The notes beneath the pieces were generated by a model, which made no database searches, was not told the origin of the DNA, and saw nothing but the letters and a program-made list of their open reading frames with translations. A stretch of DNA of 61,236 nucleotides, filler included. It is 12 parts of 12 records of this genome, joined end to end, with 100 filler letters (N's around TTAATTAATTAA, not from the genome) between each part and the next. Parts side by side here need not be neighbours in the genome. Positions count along the whole stretch, not along the records: positions 53,517 to 61,236 come from SRR7504441_15767; 11 more parts are not named here. The stretch is one strand, 5' to 3'. The first letter of the stretch is position 1. Every line of letters begins with the position of its first letter. Below, piece after piece: positions 59,417 through 61,236 of the stretch. The position numbers and the translations under genes were made by a program.

Positions 59417-59564
59417 TGTCACCAGCGCAATCATGGCGAGCTAGATAGTAATGCCAGTAGTACCACACCCCATATATCGGTACCGTTTACAAGTTAAAAA
59501 AGAAAATCTTGCACGAAGGCGATACGAAGGCGAGTCAACTATTACCGTTACCGGCCGGATCGGA

Positions 59565-60761
59565 ATGGCCGACACTGGCCCGCAAGGGCGGGCCAACGAG
59601 CAGTGGAGCCGGGTGGCCAAGCACCAGTTCATCCTGGCCTCCGCGGGCACTTCCTTCCTCGAGGCTGCCACCCTCTACCCGTTCGAGGTCATCAAGACCC
59701 GCGAACAGGCCGCTGTTCCGGCACCCAGCCCTCACCGGCCGGCAGGTGGGCAACACAGGCTTCCGCCGGGTGGCTGCCGACCTGTTCAAACGGACTGGCC
59801 TCCGCGGCTTCTACAAGGCCCGCCCCCCGCCCGCCCCCCGCCAGCCGGGGCCGCAGGGGTTCTCGTGGAGCGTGGTGGGGGGGGTCCCGTCAGACGTCGC
59901 TTTCTGGCTCTCTTACAACGTGTTTAAGGCACCCCTGGCAGGCCGGGCTGGCCCAGCCGCCGGGTCAGGACCTGCTGCTGGCCCGGTCGGGGCTGGACGA
60001 GCCGTTGGTCCACCTGTGCGCCGGGGCTATGGCCGAGGTGTCTGCAGGCCCGGGCTCGCCGAGCAGCGGCTGCAGGTGGTTGGTCTTTCGCTGTACGTGC
60101 CGATGGATGTAATCAGCCAGCGAGTGCAGGCCCAGGCCCTCCCAGGCCGCCCGCCGCCCCGCAAGTACCACTCAACCAACTTTAAGCGGTTCGACGGCGG
60201 CGCGGAGGTCGCGAAGACGATCGCAACTCATGATGGGATCAGGGGGTTCTGGCGAGGGTTTGGAATAACGGTCTTCTCGCAGGCGGCTGCCCGGGCCCGC
60301 CGGCAGCTCACCCGGGACAGGTTCCGGCCTCTGCTGTTTCAATGGCGGGCTACGAGTTCTTCAAGGCACGGCCGCTCGCTATCTGGGCTGACACGGGGAG
60401 GTCACAGCGAACCATACCGGCACACGCTTCGGTCGAGTGGTTGTCGCAGGAGCACCCGGCCACGCACGTGCTGGCGGGCGGGCTGGCTGGGGCGGTGTCT
60501 GTGGTTGTGACCAATCCGCTAGATGTGCTCAAGACAAGACTGCAGGCACCGCTGGGTGCCGAGTCAGTAGATTAGCTGGTGGCGCAGGTCGGACAGCAAG
60601 GCGCCTCGCTAGCGCAAGTGGTGGAGGAGTTGCTGGCAACTGACGGATACAGAGGGTTTAGCAAAGGGATCGTGTCTCGGATATGCAACCTCGCGCCTCG
60701 GAATGCGATTTCGTTCTTTTTGTACGAGATCGCTCTAGGGGTGGCCACCCCGCCCGACTGA
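59565..60761 (+). CDS. Mitochondrial carrier (SLC25 family), 7 predicted introns
   Basis: Three signatures YPFEVIKTR, VPMDVISQR and NPLDVLKTRLQ with G.RGFYKG/GFWRG/GFSKG; AATAAA directly after the stop. Confidence 0.93.
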
Positions 60762-60977
60762 ATAAACTGGCCACTAAGCAGCGTGCAAATAAGCGGTGTG
60801 CGTCAAAAGCTGTACACCGTACTGTTTACGGATTCGTACGAGTACGAGTATTGATCATGATTGTGTTCGTACTAATACGTCGCATCGCTGTACCGGTGGA
60901 ATATAGAGAATATGTGTAGTAGTAACAACACGATTAGTGCTCGATGCGATCGATTGTCTTGCCTCGCACGCAGTCTG

Positions 60978-61236
60978 CTATAGCTCGGTCTCTGCCAGCG
61001 CCTGCAGCTTGGCGCTCACAGCCTCATTAAACCTGCCTGCGCTCAGCGCAGCGCCGGCCCGGCCGCACCAGCTCTGGTAGCCCGGGCTGCAGTTGAGCAG
61101 CAGGCTGTGAACCGTCTCGAAGCTCTCGCCCGGCTCCGGCCCCACAGAGCGCACCCCGTCCTGCCCGATCCGCAACCGGAGCTGGACCCCCTCCCGGGTT
61201 GTGATCTCGAGTTGGTCATCTACCGCAGCTATCGCT
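60978..61236 (-). CDS. GSKIP (DUF727)-like domain protein, 5' truncated
   Basis: LEITTREG...FETVHSLL...SPGYQSWFNEAVSAKLQAL after removing a 36-nt intron. Confidence 0.65.
   Translation of the reverse strand, partial: AIAAVDDQLEITTREGVQLRLRIGQDGVRSVGPEPGESFETVHSLLLNCSPGYQSWCGRAGAALSAGRFNEAVSAKLQALAETEL

Noticed and set aside
227-61175. Many long overlapping antisense and alternate-frame ORFs (e.g. 6258..7415, 18223..19122, 30989..32074, 58398..59468)
   Set aside because: Expected shadows of GC-rich coding DNA; low-complexity R/P/G/A translations with no motifs

Overview
This is eukaryotic DNA from a compact, GC-rich protist-like genome; the lineage cannot be assigned from the sequence alone. 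The window is 12 separate contigs joined by artificial 100-bp N44-TTAATTAATTAA-N44 spacers, so gene order across spacers means nothing. Genes are dense and split by very short introns (mostly 35-45 nt), many with GC-AG ends, which is why the ORF track is fragmented. Manual splicing recovers eEFSec, SPO11, a calpain, an importin-11-like karyopherin, a lipase maturation factor, APC4, MED27-like, GSKIP-like and eIF2D-like genes, a DnaJ-TPR protein, an NHE, a mitochondrial carrier, GH27 and GH95-like glycosidases, JmjC and PhyH oxygenases, and a stand-alone RNase H. The most notable patterns are: (1) a membrane-anchored Ufd2/UBE4 core whose U-box is replaced by a BIRC6-type UBC (E2) domain; (2) a mini-intron system with frequent GC donors and almost no intronic 5' consensus; (3) head-to-head gene pairs whose start codons are as little as 39-57 bp apart, with a recurrent TAACGG (MYB-type) element near starts; (4) unrelated intergenic tandem duplications that share an 11-bp period; (5) a calpain with four tandem copies of an N-terminal domain I do not recognise. 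All family assignments come from motif recognition, not database searches, and all exon structures and start codons are manual predictions.
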